Of a DNA stretch of 58,698 nucleotides, positions 26,897 through 36,514 are shown in pieces. This DNA is from a virus (lineage: Duplodnaviria > Caudoviricetes), in the IMG/VR virus record IMGVR_UViG_3300043173_000778, positions 1 to 58,698 of that record; one strand, 5' to 3'. The notes under the pieces were generated by a model that was given only the letters and a program-made list of their open reading frames with translations, was not told the origin of the DNA and made no database searches. Position 1 is the first letter of the stretch. Every line of letters starts with the position of its first letter. The translations under genes were made by a program, and so were the position numbers.

Positions 26897-27321
26897 TGGA
26901 GTTTATGGGAATTTATTTATTAATCGGAGTTTGCTTTTCTGTGTTCATTGTAGACGCTGGCAGGGTGACGATTCAGGATTTAGAAATCAAAGGAGCGTCG
27001 CATTTTTTTTGGCTTATTTTTTGGTGCCTTCTTTGGCCGCTGGGATGCGTCGGTGTTCTGGTTTTTTTCGTCTACTACCTGAGGCATCCTGATAAAAAAT
27101 CCAGTTTTGAAATGAGTGATAAAAATTCGAGTGCAAAGAAAAGCGCGCGGGCTGATACTTCTGGGCCATCCTGCGCCGCCAAAAACGACGATTGTCTGGA
27201 ATGTCCTGGCGTCGAGTGTAGGGCAAGGATACGCTTTTTAGACGCTGGTTTATCAGGATCCAGAGCCGGAAAAGAGTATGCCGCTCAACTCAGAAAGAAG
27301 CTGAAAATTGAATATAAATAA
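26893..27321 (+). CDS. membrane protein
   Basis: two TM segments, WPL motif. Confidence 0.6.
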   Translation: MMEFMGIYLLIGVCFSVFIVDAGRVTIQDLEIKGASHFFWLIFWCLLWPLGCVGVLVFFVYYLRHPDKKSSFEMSDKNSSAKKSARADTSGPSCAAKNDDCLECPGVECRARIRFLDAGLSGSRAGKEYAAQLRKKLKIEYK

Positions 27322-27341
27322 CAAAACTGTCTGAATGTCAA

Positions 27342-27419
27342 GCCTGACTAGCGAGTCCTAAAAAAGTGTCCACTCAGGACTCTTGCAATCGACTCAAAGC
27401 ATTGCCTAGGTAGTCAGGC
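27342..27419 (+). ncRNA. candidate structured RNA 1 (three-way junction); strand inferred
   Basis: GCCTGACTA/TAGTCAGGC closing stem enclosing GAGTCCT/AGGACTC and GCAAT/ATTGC hairpins. Confidence 0.55.
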
Positions 27420-27438
27420 ATCTAAAGAATAATTTGCA

Positions 27439-27545
27439 GTCTGGCCGCCGTTTTGAGCCAGCGAGCGCATTGCTTTATGGGATGTACTCATACTTAGCGG
27501 TAACAGGGTAAAGAAGCCGCTCTAAACCTGTTTGCTCGGCCAGGC
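27439..27545 (+). ncRNA. candidate structured RNA 2 (multibranch with H-type pseudoknot)
   Basis: GTCTGGCC/GGCCAGGC, GAGC/GCTC, two internal hairpins, AGCGGT/GCCGCT crossed by AACAGG/CCTGTT. Confidence 0.6.
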
Positions 27546-27570
27546 ACCTTCTATATAAGAGAAAAAAATA

Positions 27571-27891
27571 ATGTCAAACATTCTACTGCTAACTGTCGCA
27601 AGCTCCGCCGCCTCCGTTGAGGGAGACCCCAAAAACATGGACGGAGGCCGGACTGTTATATCCATAACCGCTGCGAGCTACGGAGCGGACGGAAAAATAG
27701 TAATCAAAGGTTCCGCCGACGGAACAATTTTTACAACCCAGCGGGACCCGGGAACGCCTAGTGGCCTGGCTGAATACAGCGAGGATATTCAGTTTAACGT
27801 TGATAAACTTCCTCAGGGCTGGCAGATACGCGCCGACCTGGAAATCAGCAGCGGAACGGCGACGGACGTAAAAGTGATCATGGGGACATAA
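27571..27891 (+). CDS. putative virion structural protein
   Basis: beta-rich composition; late operon. Confidence 0.55.
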   Translation: MSNILLLTVASSAASVEGDPKNMDGGRTVISITAASYGADGKIVIKGSADGTIFTTQRDPGTPSGLAEYSEDIQFNVDKLPQGWQIRADLEISSGTATDVKVIMGT

Positions 27892-27892
27892 T

Positions 27893-28663
27893 ATGAGCAG
27901 TAGCCCGATAATAAACAGCGGCGGCGGAGTGAATCCCGCCAACCTGGCTATTCCCGGACGCGCCGACGGTTTTGTGGTTAAAAACAGCTCAAACTCAGCC
28001 GTCGCGATCACAGCCGGTAAAGTGGAAGCGAACGCAAAACTTTACGCGCTTGCGGCGGACACGACTCACGCCATGACTAGCCTGGCCGCCGGATTTGGTC
28101 GTCATTATATTTATATAGATGACAGCGAAAGTTCGGCTCCCGTCGCGGCAATTATCGACTCCACGACAGCCCCGACCAAGTCGGTCCCCAAAAACGGCTG
28201 GTATAACGGTGACGACCGATGTATCGGTTTTTGTTACAGCCCCGCAGGCGGAGCTACTATTATCCAGTTCGGAATTGTCGCTCAAAGCGGACAAAAAATC
28301 CGCATGTTTTTTAGTGTCGTCTCTTCTGTGGAGTTTAATCTAGCCACCAACATGTCCCCGAACGGAGCGTGGCAGACACCGAACGTCAGAGAGTCCAGCG
28401 CGATTTTGCCGCCGATGGCCGAAGAACTTTTTGTCTGGATGCAAAATTCAGATGTGGGTGGCCAGGTCACAATCGCTGCGGTTCAATCTGAGCTTGCTGC
28501 GGGAACTTTTACTAACGGGCATTTTTATGTCGCCATCAATGTGCAGGGAGCTGACCAGGGATGGATTCCACTTGGAGCTTCCAAAAATATCAAAATAAGC
28601 GGAGAGGCTGACGACGACAACGCTCTTTTTGCTTATATAAACGGCGTCGGGTATTCGAGGTAA
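27893..28663 (+). CDS. putative fibre/receptor-binding protein, related to the C-terminal half of 50743..51978
   Basis: HYIYID...GWY..DRCIGF...IIQF parallels TYHCFAM...GYTKKRRIGAI...ILGF. Confidence 0.55.
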   Translation: MSSSPIINSGGGVNPANLAIPGRADGFVVKNSSNSAVAITAGKVEANAKLYALAADTTHAMTSLAAGFGRHYIYIDDSESSAPVAAIIDSTTAPTKSVPKNGWYNGDDRCIGFCYSPAGGATIIQFGIVAQSGQKIRMFFSVVSSVEFNLATNMSPNGAWQTPNVRESSAILPPMAEELFVWMQNSDVGGQVTIAAVQSELAAGTFTNGHFYVAINVQGADQGWIPLGASKNIKISGEADDDNALFAYINGVGYSR

Positions 28664-28665
28664 TT

Positions 28666-28914
28666 ATGAGTCAATATGTTCTGCAGATCAGAGAAGGCGA
28701 TGGTTGGTTGGCCAAATCGTTTGAGGTGACAGAAAAGTCTCCGGTTCCATCAACTGTTCCCGTCGGACGCGTTCAAATCATAATGACGAACACGCAAAGT
28801 TTTGATGAAATCGTGTCCGCGTACGCTCAGCATGCCACTAATTTAGTATTCTCATACATTGATCCAGATATTTCCTGTTCCGGAGCCTATGCGCATACCT
28901 GGAGCAAAGATTAA
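28666..28914 (+). CDS. hypothetical protein (possible fibre chaperone)
   Basis: small ORF after fibre-like gene. Confidence 0.45.
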   Translation: MSQYVLQIREGDGWLAKSFEVTEKSPVPSTVPVGRVQIIMTNTQSFDEIVSAYAQHATNLVFSYIDPDISCSGAYAHTWSKD

Positions 28915-29828
28915 TGGCCGGACCTATAATAAACACGTCAATCTCCTCTGGTGGTCTGCCTGCGGGGATTTCCTGGGGAGACACAAGAAGCAGCGGTGCC
29001 GGCGTCGGCCTGACTCATAATATCGGAGCAAACGCGGCTGTCGGCGTTCAGGGCCTAAAAACTGTATTAGATAATACTCAGACAAATGCGTTAGTTGCTA
29101 ATTTTATTGAACTAGGATCGTCCGCGCTGGGGCATATCGGGCTATACATAAATGCCAGAGGAAATTCTGATTCTCAGAGAGGGGTGAGAGTCGATACTGA
29201 GAGGGGAACAGGCTTTCTTGTTGTTGATTACGAGGACACCAATAACGATGCAGGAGGCTTTGTATACACAAATGGTCAGACAAATAAACAAGGAGGAGTG
29301 GCTTTTAAAGCAGTAGTCTCCACGATTAGAAATTTTAATGCTAGGTCGACAGATATACAACTTATCGCGACGTTAGATCAAGCCGGGAGAACGATTGAGG
29401 CTAACCGTTTTATAAGTGACAGGACTTCAGCATCTGCTATTACTGATAATTACGATGCTTTTTATATTAAAAAATCACTTACAAAAAACGGCTCTGGATC
29501 AACATTCAATAACGCCGGCGCCGCTCTAAAAGTAGAAAATAATATAGTGCGTAGTTTTGGAGTCCTGAATGATACTAGCCATGCAATTGAAATAGTACAA
29601 TCCGCTGATGCTGGCGGATTTCCTTTAGACATCACTCAATCGGCCGTGGTTTCGGATAATTTTAAAAAAATCATAAACGCTGCCGGATTTACTGTCTGGG
29701 TATCAGATGGAACAACGGCTGAGGGGGCTTTGCCCGGCGTAGAAGGTGATATTTGTTTAAACGGCGGAACAGGAGCCGGACAAACGGCTTATTGTGACGC
29801 CGATGGAACTAATTGGACGGATATGTAG
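28914..29828 (+). CDS. putative fibre/spike protein
   Basis: G/A/S/T/N-rich beta composition; C-terminal G.EGDICL...YC..GTNW. Confidence 0.55.
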   Translation: MAGPIINTSISSGGLPAGISWGDTRSSGAGVGLTHNIGANAAVGVQGLKTVLDNTQTNALVANFIELGSSALGHIGLYINARGNSDSQRGVRVDTERGTGFLVVDYEDTNNDAGGFVYTNGQTNKQGGVAFKAVVSTIRNFNARSTDIQLIATLDQAGRTIEANRFISDRTSASAITDNYDAFYIKKSLTKNGSGSTFNNAGAALKVENNIVRSFGVLNDTSHAIEIVQSADAGGFPLDITQSAVVSDNFKKIINAAGFTVWVSDGTTAEGALPGVEGDICLNGGTGAGQTAYCDADGTNWTDM

Positions 29829-29834
29829 GGAGCT

Positions 29835-30050
29835 ATGCCAAATAAAACACAAGAATTTATTATTACCGAGCAAGCCAAAAATCAAATACTAACCGGGCTT
29901 TTCCTTGAAAAGGAGCGGCTGCAGCACCTTTATGAAGAAAATGAAAAACGTATAACCATATTGGTGGGTCTGCCGGCATTTACAGTACAACATGAGCTAG
30001 AACCACAGCCAAAAAAGGAAAAGAAGAATAAAAATGCTAAGAAATCCTAA
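29835..30050 (+). CDS. hypothetical protein
   Basis: AGGGAG RBS. Confidence 0.55.
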   Translation: MPNKTQEFIITEQAKNQILTGLFLEKERLQHLYEENEKRITILVGLPAFTVQHELEPQPKKEKKNKNAKKS

Positions 30051-30333
30051 CTACTTAAATCTGGGAACTTCCTACCCCGACAATGTCTATGACATTGAAA
30101 AGCGCACCGTTATTACGGGAAGCGTGTCTAGCGTGGTTATTATTTATTTGCGGGGCTACTCTGATGAGCAAAAAACTTACCCCACTTTTTCTGAAAATCA
30201 TTTTGAATTAACTGGCTTGCCGCTTGATCCGTCGTTGCTGACTCCCGGTTTGTATCAGACCGAGCTATTAGTTCAGTATCCGCTGAAAATAGTTGACGGA
30301 ACCGCCCTGGAAGATTTTATAGTAGTTTTATAG
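30034..30333 (+). CDS. hypothetical protein
   Basis: ORF. Confidence 0.55.
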   Translation: MLRNPNYLNLGTSYPDNVYDIEKRTVITGSVSSVVIIYLRGYSDEQKTYPTFSENHFELTGLPLDPSLLTPGLYQTELLVQYPLKIVDGTALEDFIVVL

Positions 30334-30335
30334 AC

Positions 30336-31679
30336 ATGTTAGAAAAAGCTGTAAAACCGTTTAAAAAAACGCCAAAACAAGTCGAGATCACACGCTTGAT
30401 ACATAAGCATAAATACATGATGTCGCTAGGCGGCAGCAGGTCAGGCAAGACTTTTATAAAAATGCGAAACATTCTTGTCAGGGCAGGCGGGATGGAGTCC
30501 AGGCATTTAGTTGTAAGAAAAACACAAAAAAGTATCAGAGGAGCGATTTGGAACGAAACATTGCCTAAAGTTTTTAAACTCTGTTTTCCGCATTGGATTA
30601 ATGGCCGGCACTACGTTAAGAATGAGCGAGATTTATCTGTAAAATTTTGCAATGGTTCAAGTATCTGGCTAGGCGGCATGGAGGACGGCGAAAATATGGA
30701 AAAAATACTAGGAAGAGAGTACAGCACTATTTTTGCCAACGAATGCTCGGAGCTCAATTTTTCACACATTGAAATGTTAAAAACCCGGCTGGCTGAAAAC
30801 GCCGGCATGGCTAGGAAATTCTTGTTTGACCAAAATCCGCCAAGCACCAAACATTGGTCATATAAACTATTTGTTTTGGGAATCAACCCAGCCGACGATA
30901 AGCCATTAATCCCTGATCAATTACGGCAATACGGGATGACGACAATCAATCCCGAAGATAACAAGGAAAATTTAACACCCGACTATTTTGACACATTAGA
31001 AAGTCTGGGAAAAAGAAAGCGTGATAGATTTTTGCTTGGACTATTTGCTTCCGATATCCAGGGGGCTTTGTGGAACAACCAGATGATCAACTCCGCCCAA
31101 CTGACTCCAGGCGAAGAGTGGATAAAAAATCCGCTCCAAACAATCGTGTCCCTTGACCCAAATGTAAGCGACGGAGTGAATGAGGACACCGGAGAATTTA
31201 CGGCGGACGAAGCCGGAATAATCGTTATATCAAAAGACGGCAAAAACAGAGACGCAGAGGGATGCGCTCAGGTAGAAGCTGATTACAGCGGCGAATACTC
31301 AGCTCCCGAATGGGCTGATAAAGCTATCTGGGCATATTATTACCACAATGCGGATTATATCATTTATGAAAAGAATCAAGGCGGAGCTTTGGTTAAAATG
31401 GCGCTGAGGGCTGCTAAAGGCGGGGCCTTAGTTCCTATAAAAGATGTATGGGCAAGTAAGGGCAAACACGCCAGAGCTGAGCCGGTGGTAGTGCTTTATG
31501 AGCAGCAAAAAATCAGACATAAACCAGGGCTAGATAAACTTGAGGCAGAACAATTGGAATACGTTCCCGCAAAAACTAAGAAATCTCCCAATAGGCTCGA
31601 CGCTTTGGTTTGGGGAGCCACTTATTTATTTCTTAAAGATCAACCATCGGGAGACATCCCCCTTGCGAGAGCTTTGTAA
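30336..31679 (+). CDS. terL: terminase large subunit
   Basis: GGSRSGKT Walker A, G.EYSTIFANE, DQNP, SLDP, EKNQGG, GKHARAEPV, SPNRLDALVW. Confidence 0.95.
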   Translation: MLEKAVKPFKKTPKQVEITRLIHKHKYMMSLGGSRSGKTFIKMRNILVRAGGMESRHLVVRKTQKSIRGAIWNETLPKVFKLCFPHWINGRHYVKNERDLSVKFCNGSSIWLGGMEDGENMEKILGREYSTIFANECSELNFSHIEMLKTRLAENAGMARKFLFDQNPPSTKHWSYKLFVLGINPADDKPLIPDQLRQYGMTTINPEDNKENLTPDYFDTLESLGKRKRDRFLLGLFASDIQGALWNNQMINSAQLTPGEEWIKNPLQTIVSLDPNVSDGVNEDTGEFTADEAGIIVISKDGKNRDAEGCAQVEADYSGEYSAPEWADKAIWAYYYHNADYIIYEKNQGGALVKMALRAAKGGALVPIKDVWASKGKHARAEPVVVLYEQQKIRHKPGLDKLEAEQLEYVPAKTKKSPNRLDALVWGATYLFLKDQPSGDIPLARAL

Positions 31680-33104
31680 ATGAAAATTATCGAAAGACTA
31701 AAGGCCGCATGGAGGGATATACCCAAGAAGTCACTAAATGAAATTCAGACTAAATCGTTTCCGATGGGGCTTTTTTCTGATTACTTAGAAACATATGGAC
31801 ATAGCGACTTAGCGGCGCACACGACGTTGAACTTATTCAGCAACACAGCCCCGCTTAATAACGCTGCGGATATTTTGGCGGCTGAATTTTCTTCCTTAAC
31901 TCCGCAAGTCGTGGATATAAGCAAAGACGATGAGGTGGTTGTTGGTCACCCAGTTCTGGAATTGTTAAAAAATCCCAACGCAGACAGCACTTGTAATGAA
32001 TTTTTATACTCGCTGGCTTTGTTTTACGTTGCCACGGGAAATAGCTATGTTGTGGCGACGGGAGACGTCAAAAAGGACCCGCTTGAAATAATGTCAAGTT
32101 TTCCGCAGCAAATTACTATTCAGGCAGACAGCAGAGATGGGTACGCGGGATTAATCTCCGACAACAGAACAACGTCCAGCATTGATTTTAAGCGCGATGA
32201 GCAAGGCGGTAGATTTAGGTTTTACAACCATGATGTTGGCGAAATCTGGCAGATTAAAAGATTTAATCCAAACCCGAATAGCTTAGTTGGGCAATCTCAG
32301 GTATCGCCAATTTTTCCAGAAATAGACCAGTATAATCATGCCTCAATCCATAACAGCAGTTTGTTGAAGCGCGGTGGCCGTCCATCAGGCATATTGATGA
32401 TGAACTCTGTAATAGGAAAAAACGGAGACGTCATACCGCCGTTAACAAAAGAACAAGAAGAAAGGCTGAGAGAACAGATAAATAATTATGTGGCCGGATC
32501 TAAAAACGCAGGCAAAGTATTAGCTATTGCCGGCGCTAATATAAAATGGGAAAATCTGATTACATCAAACAGGGACATGGACTTTGCCGAGCTTAAGAAA
32601 GATGTTAGTAATAAAATCTATAACCAGTATAAAATACCGCTTCCTTTCGTAAATCCAGAGAGACAGACCTTCGCAAACATGGGAGTCTCTAAAGAACAGC
32701 TTTACGACAACGCCGTTTTGCCGCTTGCCGACAGGCTGTTTAATGAGTTAAATATTTTTTTAATGCCGCGCTCTGGACGTGGGAGCGAAAATTATAAATT
32801 AACTTACGATGTTTCTGAAATTCCCGCGCTCAAAGAGAGAAAAGTCCGAGAGGTTAAAACACTGGGCGAAACAGAGCTTTTTACCGACAACGAACTAAGA
32901 GCTTTGCTGGGAAGAGAGCCGTATTTAGGCGGAGACGTGATTTATAAGTCGTCAAATAAAGTAGCAGTCGGAAAAGACGCCTACACAGGAGACGAACCGC
33001 CGGTTCCCAAAACGACAAAAAAGAAATTTACAGAAATAATGAAGACCAAAGGCTATGCAGATGAAAAAATCGAAGTGATGGCTGTGGCTTTAAATCTTAA
33101 ATAA
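31680..33104 (+). CDS. portal protein, HK97 family
   Basis: HPVLELLKNPN, GNSY, GQS, GGRPSGIL, GSKNAGK, DMDF, TDNELRALLG. Confidence 0.93.
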   Translation: MKIIERLKAAWRDIPKKSLNEIQTKSFPMGLFSDYLETYGHSDLAAHTTLNLFSNTAPLNNAADILAAEFSSLTPQVVDISKDDEVVVGHPVLELLKNPNADSTCNEFLYSLALFYVATGNSYVVATGDVKKDPLEIMSSFPQQITIQADSRDGYAGLISDNRTTSSIDFKRDEQGGRFRFYNHDVGEIWQIKRFNPNPNSLVGQSQVSPIFPEIDQYNHASIHNSSLLKRGGRPSGILMMNSVIGKNGDVIPPLTKEQEERLREQINNYVAGSKNAGKVLAIAGANIKWENLITSNRDMDFAELKKDVSNKIYNQYKIPLPFVNPERQTFANMGVSKEQLYDNAVLPLADRLFNELNIFLMPRSGRGSENYKLTYDVSEIPALKERKVREVKTLGETELFTDNELRALLGREPYLGGDVIYKSSNKVAVGKDAYTGDEPPVPKTTKKKFTEIMKTKGYADEKIEVMAVALNLK

Positions 33105-33176
33105 TGCGGGATAGGGGAACGGCACCCCATGAGACTCATAACCTTAAGGTTCTCGGTTCGATTCCGGGTCCCGCAA
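33105..33176 (+). tRNA. tRNA with CAT anticodon (Met, fMet-like scaffold); no encoded CCA
   Basis: TGCGGGA/TCCCGCA acceptor, GGGG/CCCC D stem, CTCATAA loop, CTCGG-TTCGATT-CCGGG T arm. Confidence 0.85.
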
Positions 33177-33217
33177 TTTGATTATATTTAAAAGAAACAA
33201 TAAGGAAAAAACATAAA

Positions 33218-33499
33218 ATGAGAAATCAAAACTTTATTGATATTGATGATCGTCTTTTAAGACTGGATGAAATATTAGAATTTTACAAAATAGATAGCGC
33301 GGATAAACATGATAAGTTTAATATTTGCGTGCGGTTTAAGGGAACGGATACCATTAGTTGCATAGTATACCAATCAGAGGATCGAAGAAACAAAGCATTT
33401 TTAAAAATAAAAACTCTGATCAATAAAACCGACTGTACAATGGAGATGCAAAAACGGATAGACAATTTTATGTTACCGAAGTGTCCGCCAGTAAAATAA
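33218..33499 (+). CDS. hypothetical protein (moron-like)
   Basis: AT-rich ORF between portal/tRNA and head gene. Confidence 0.55.
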   Translation: MRNQNFIDIDDRLLRLDEILEFYKIDSADKHDKFNICVRFKGTDTISCIVYQSEDRRNKAFLKIKTLINKTDCTMEMQKRIDNFMLPKCPPVK

Positions 33500-33556
33500 A
33501 AACATTATGTTAACCGGAGAAGCTGGAAATGCCCATTGCGGCGGAGTAATGCAATA

Positions 33557-34387
33557 ATGCCTGAGCAGATAATTACTTCCGAAAAAGAGGATATGGCCTT
33601 AAAACTTTCGCTTGAGGCTGGGCTTATCCCGCCACTCGGAAGATTATTTAAACAAATAAGCCAGGATTACAAAACTGTTTACTCGGCCACGGGTCAAATT
33701 TTAAACGCGGCTATTTACCAGCCTGAGTTAATCGGCATTTTAAGGCCGGCTTATCGCAAAGCGGCAAAGAAATCAGGAAGGGAAATAAGGAGTAAATTTG
33801 AGATAGTGACATCCACCGAAGATCGGGTTGGCGGGTTAGTGGATGTCAGTTTATTAAATTTCTCCGAAAAAGAGTCACTTGAAAGATCGAATATTATCAC
33901 AGCCACAAGCAACAGGTGGTTGAATGATTTTACACTACAGGAAATTATAGGAAAAATATTGGCAGGCTCTTATCCGAACAACCAAGAGGTGGCGAACGTA
34001 GTTTCTAATAGGTTTACGCAAAGATCAAAAGGAAGAAGCAAAAATATAGCTGTCACGGAGACTTTAAACGCAGTGGACGGAGCCAGACTTATTGAGGCCA
34101 ACGTGTTGCTTCAAGCAGACGCATGGATTAAAGCCAAGAGCCAAGTTAAGGCTAAAATAGATGAAGCGAAAAGACTTATTGAGGTTTTATTCAGGCGTTG
34201 GAAGACAAGAGAAGACGAATTTGTCAGGCCGACGCATGTAATAGCCAATGGACAAACAGTTCAGGGAACTATGGAGCCTTTCCGGGTTGGAAATAGCTTG
34301 TTAATGTATCCGGGCGATACGTCGCTTGGCGCGCTTATTGAGGAAATATCAGGTTGCCGATGCTTTTCAGAGATATTTATAAGGTAG
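33557..34387 (+). CDS. head morphogenesis protein, Mu gpF/SPP1 gp7-like
   Basis: RSKNIAVTET...WKTREDEFVRPTH...LMYPGD...EEISGCRC. Confidence 0.85.
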   Translation: MPEQIITSEKEDMALKLSLEAGLIPPLGRLFKQISQDYKTVYSATGQILNAAIYQPELIGILRPAYRKAAKKSGREIRSKFEIVTSTEDRVGGLVDVSLLNFSEKESLERSNIITATSNRWLNDFTLQEIIGKILAGSYPNNQEVANVVSNRFTQRSKGRSKNIAVTETLNAVDGARLIEANVLLQADAWIKAKSQVKAKIDEAKRLIEVLFRRWKTREDEFVRPTHVIANGQTVQGTMEPFRVGNSLLMYPGDTSLGALIEEISGCRCFSEIFIR

Positions 34388-34390
34388 ACA

Positions 34391-35203
34391 ATGGAAAAAG
34401 AGTATAAGAGTTTTGGTTTTGAAATTAAAAAAACAGAATCAGATGATGAATTTTTTTATTTTGAGGGACTTTGCACAACTTATGGAAGCATAGACCGCGA
34501 TGATGACAGAGTAATGCAGGGAGCATTTTTAGAAAGTCTTGCCAAAAACGCCCCTATTGTAAAATGGATGCACAGGGAGCCGATAGGCATATCTATTTCA
34601 AACGAAGAACGGGGAAACGGATTATACGTAAAAGCTAAAACCCCACTTGAAGATAGTTTTGTAAGGGATAGAGTAAAGCCTCAGGTTAAAATTGGGACGG
34701 TTCGTAAACTTTCTATTGGTTTTTCAGCCACCGAATATAATTATGAGAAAGTTGAGGGCCGACGCTGGGAAGTGAGGAATATTACCAAAGGAACTTTGTA
34801 TGAATATTCTCTGGTTGATATAGCGGCTAACAACGATGCCAATGTGATTGACTTCAAAAGCCTTGGAAACAATGTCTCAATTTTTAAACACTTCATAAAC
34901 AAAGCTCTTTCTAATTCCGGGATTTCGCAGGAAAACCAAGACAAAATAATTAAATCCGCAAACCATTATATTTCAACGGTAGACAACGGCAAAGCCTTTA
35001 TGTTTGAGGATGTGCGAGACATATCAGATAAGGAAGGATTTGATCGTTTTCTTAAAAAATCAGCATTATTCACCAAATCGGCCAGAGAATATCTGGCTGG
35101 ACTACTGCCTAAGCGGAGTGATTCCGATAGCGCGGAAATTGAGGTGATAGCCAATCATTCAAGTAACATCAAAGAATTAACACGAATATTAAAAGGGGTT
35201 TAA
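34391..35203 (+). CDS. prohead protease, HK97 family
   Basis: FEG...YGSIDRDDD..MQGAF...WMH...LSIGF...LYEYSLV..AAN. Confidence 0.9.
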   Translation: MEKEYKSFGFEIKKTESDDEFFYFEGLCTTYGSIDRDDDRVMQGAFLESLAKNAPIVKWMHREPIGISISNEERGNGLYVKAKTPLEDSFVRDRVKPQVKIGTVRKLSIGFSATEYNYEKVEGRRWEVRNITKGTLYEYSLVDIAANNDANVIDFKSLGNNVSIFKHFINKALSNSGISQENQDKIIKSANHYISTVDNGKAFMFEDVRDISDKEGFDRFLKKSALFTKSAREYLAGLLPKRSDSDSAEIEVIANHSSNIKELTRILKGV

Positions 35204-36448
35204 ATGACGATGACACCGAAAGAATTAGAAACACATATTGAGGATCAGCAAAAAAGTTTCAAAGAATTGAAGTCTCTTGTTGAAAAAGGAATTTTTACCA
35301 GCGAAGACAAAGAAAAACTGGAAAAAATCAACAAGTCTTTAGACGTAGCCGAGACTAAAAACCAGGAAATGGTCACCAATTTAGAAACCGCCAAAACGCG
35401 CGGCGACGAGTTCAGTTCCAAAATCAAAGAGCTGGAGAAAAAGCTTTACCGAATGCCGGGCGGAGCGGGCGGAGTTTCTGGCACACCGGAAGCCAAGGCT
35501 TTCGAGGTTTTTGTAAAAAGGGGAATAGGCGAGTTGAATTCCGAGGAAAAAACGGCTTTAATCGAGGTACAAAAAGCGTATATGCGGACGGATGTCCTGG
35601 TGGAAGGCGGAGCATTGAATATGCCCCCTGAGATGAGCACTGAAATCATCAAAAACTTAACAGAAGTTTCTCCGATGCGTACTATCGCAAGAGTAAAACA
35701 GGGTAGCTCAAAAAGCTATAAACAGCCGGTCAGAACCTCGCTATTAAGTGGCGCCGGAACAGGAGAAGGCGGAAGCGCGCCTGAAACTTCCTCAAAGTAT
35801 GGTGAAATTGAAATTTTCACCAAAAAAATGATGTCGATAACAGTCTTGTCCACGGAAATAATTCAGGATTCCGCTTTTAATATGGAAAGCGAAGTCATCA
35901 CCGACGCCAGAGAAGACTATGAGCAGCAAGAAGGTCAATGGTATGTTACGGGAGCCGGACCCCTGCAGGCGAAAGGATTTATGAATAACTCCAAGATTGC
36001 CACCAGAAATTCCACCGTTGCTAATGATATTACATCCAACAGCCTTATTTTTCTGACTGGAGATTTAAAAATAGGATATAATCCTGTTTATGTTTTTAAC
36101 CGCCAAACCTTGGCCCGCATTAGAACTTTTACTAACGGGTTCGGTGGTTATCAGTGGGTTCCGTCTGGAAGCGCGGGATTAGCCCCCGGCGTTCCAAGTG
36201 AGATTAACGGCTACCGTTATGTGATCATGCAGGATATGCCGAATATTGGAGCCGGAAATGAGCCGGTCGCCTACGGAGATTTCAGGCGCTCATATCTTAT
36301 TTATGACCGCATTGGCATAGAAATGATCAGAGATGCCTTCACGCTCGCGGCGGAAGGAAAGGTGCGTTTTGTCATCAGCAGAAGGACTGGCGGAGATGTC
36401 ATCAAGGCCGAGGGCATCAAAAAACTGAAATGCGCTGAGGCGGCTTAA
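35204..36448 (+). CDS. major capsid protein, HK97 fold with delta domain
   Basis: coiled-coil N-terminus; EGG..PPE, SPMR.IA, DSAFNME, YGDFRRSY.IYDR, RTGGDV. Confidence 0.93.
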   Translation: MTMTPKELETHIEDQQKSFKELKSLVEKGIFTSEDKEKLEKINKSLDVAETKNQEMVTNLETAKTRGDEFSSKIKELEKKLYRMPGGAGGVSGTPEAKAFEVFVKRGIGELNSEEKTALIEVQKAYMRTDVLVEGGALNMPPEMSTEIIKNLTEVSPMRTIARVKQGSSKSYKQPVRTSLLSGAGTGEGGSAPETSSKYGEIEIFTKKMMSITVLSTEIIQDSAFNMESEVITDAREDYEQQEGQWYVTGAGPLQAKGFMNNSKIATRNSTVANDITSNSLIFLTGDLKIGYNPVYVFNRQTLARIRTFTNGFGGYQWVPSGSAGLAPGVPSEINGYRYVIMQDMPNIGAGNEPVAYGDFRRSYLIYDRIGIEMIRDAFTLAAEGKVRFVISRRTGGDVIKAEGIKKLKCAEAA

Positions 36449-36466
36449 TTTTGTGTGTGATTTTAA

Positions 36467-36490
36467 AGCGGCTTAGTCGGCCGCTATTTC
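36467..36490 (+). terminator. weak hairpin after capsid gene
   Basis: AGCGGC-TTAGTCG-GCCGCT. Confidence 0.4.
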
Positions 36491-36514
36491 AGAATATTTT
36501 AGAAGGATACAATA

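Noticed and set aside
33130-33146. tRNA read as a UGA suppressor or tRNA-Sec (ACTCATA contains TCA)
   Set aside because: Stem register puts CTCATAA in the loop with U33 before CAT; there is no long variable arm or extended acceptor stem of tRNA-Sec
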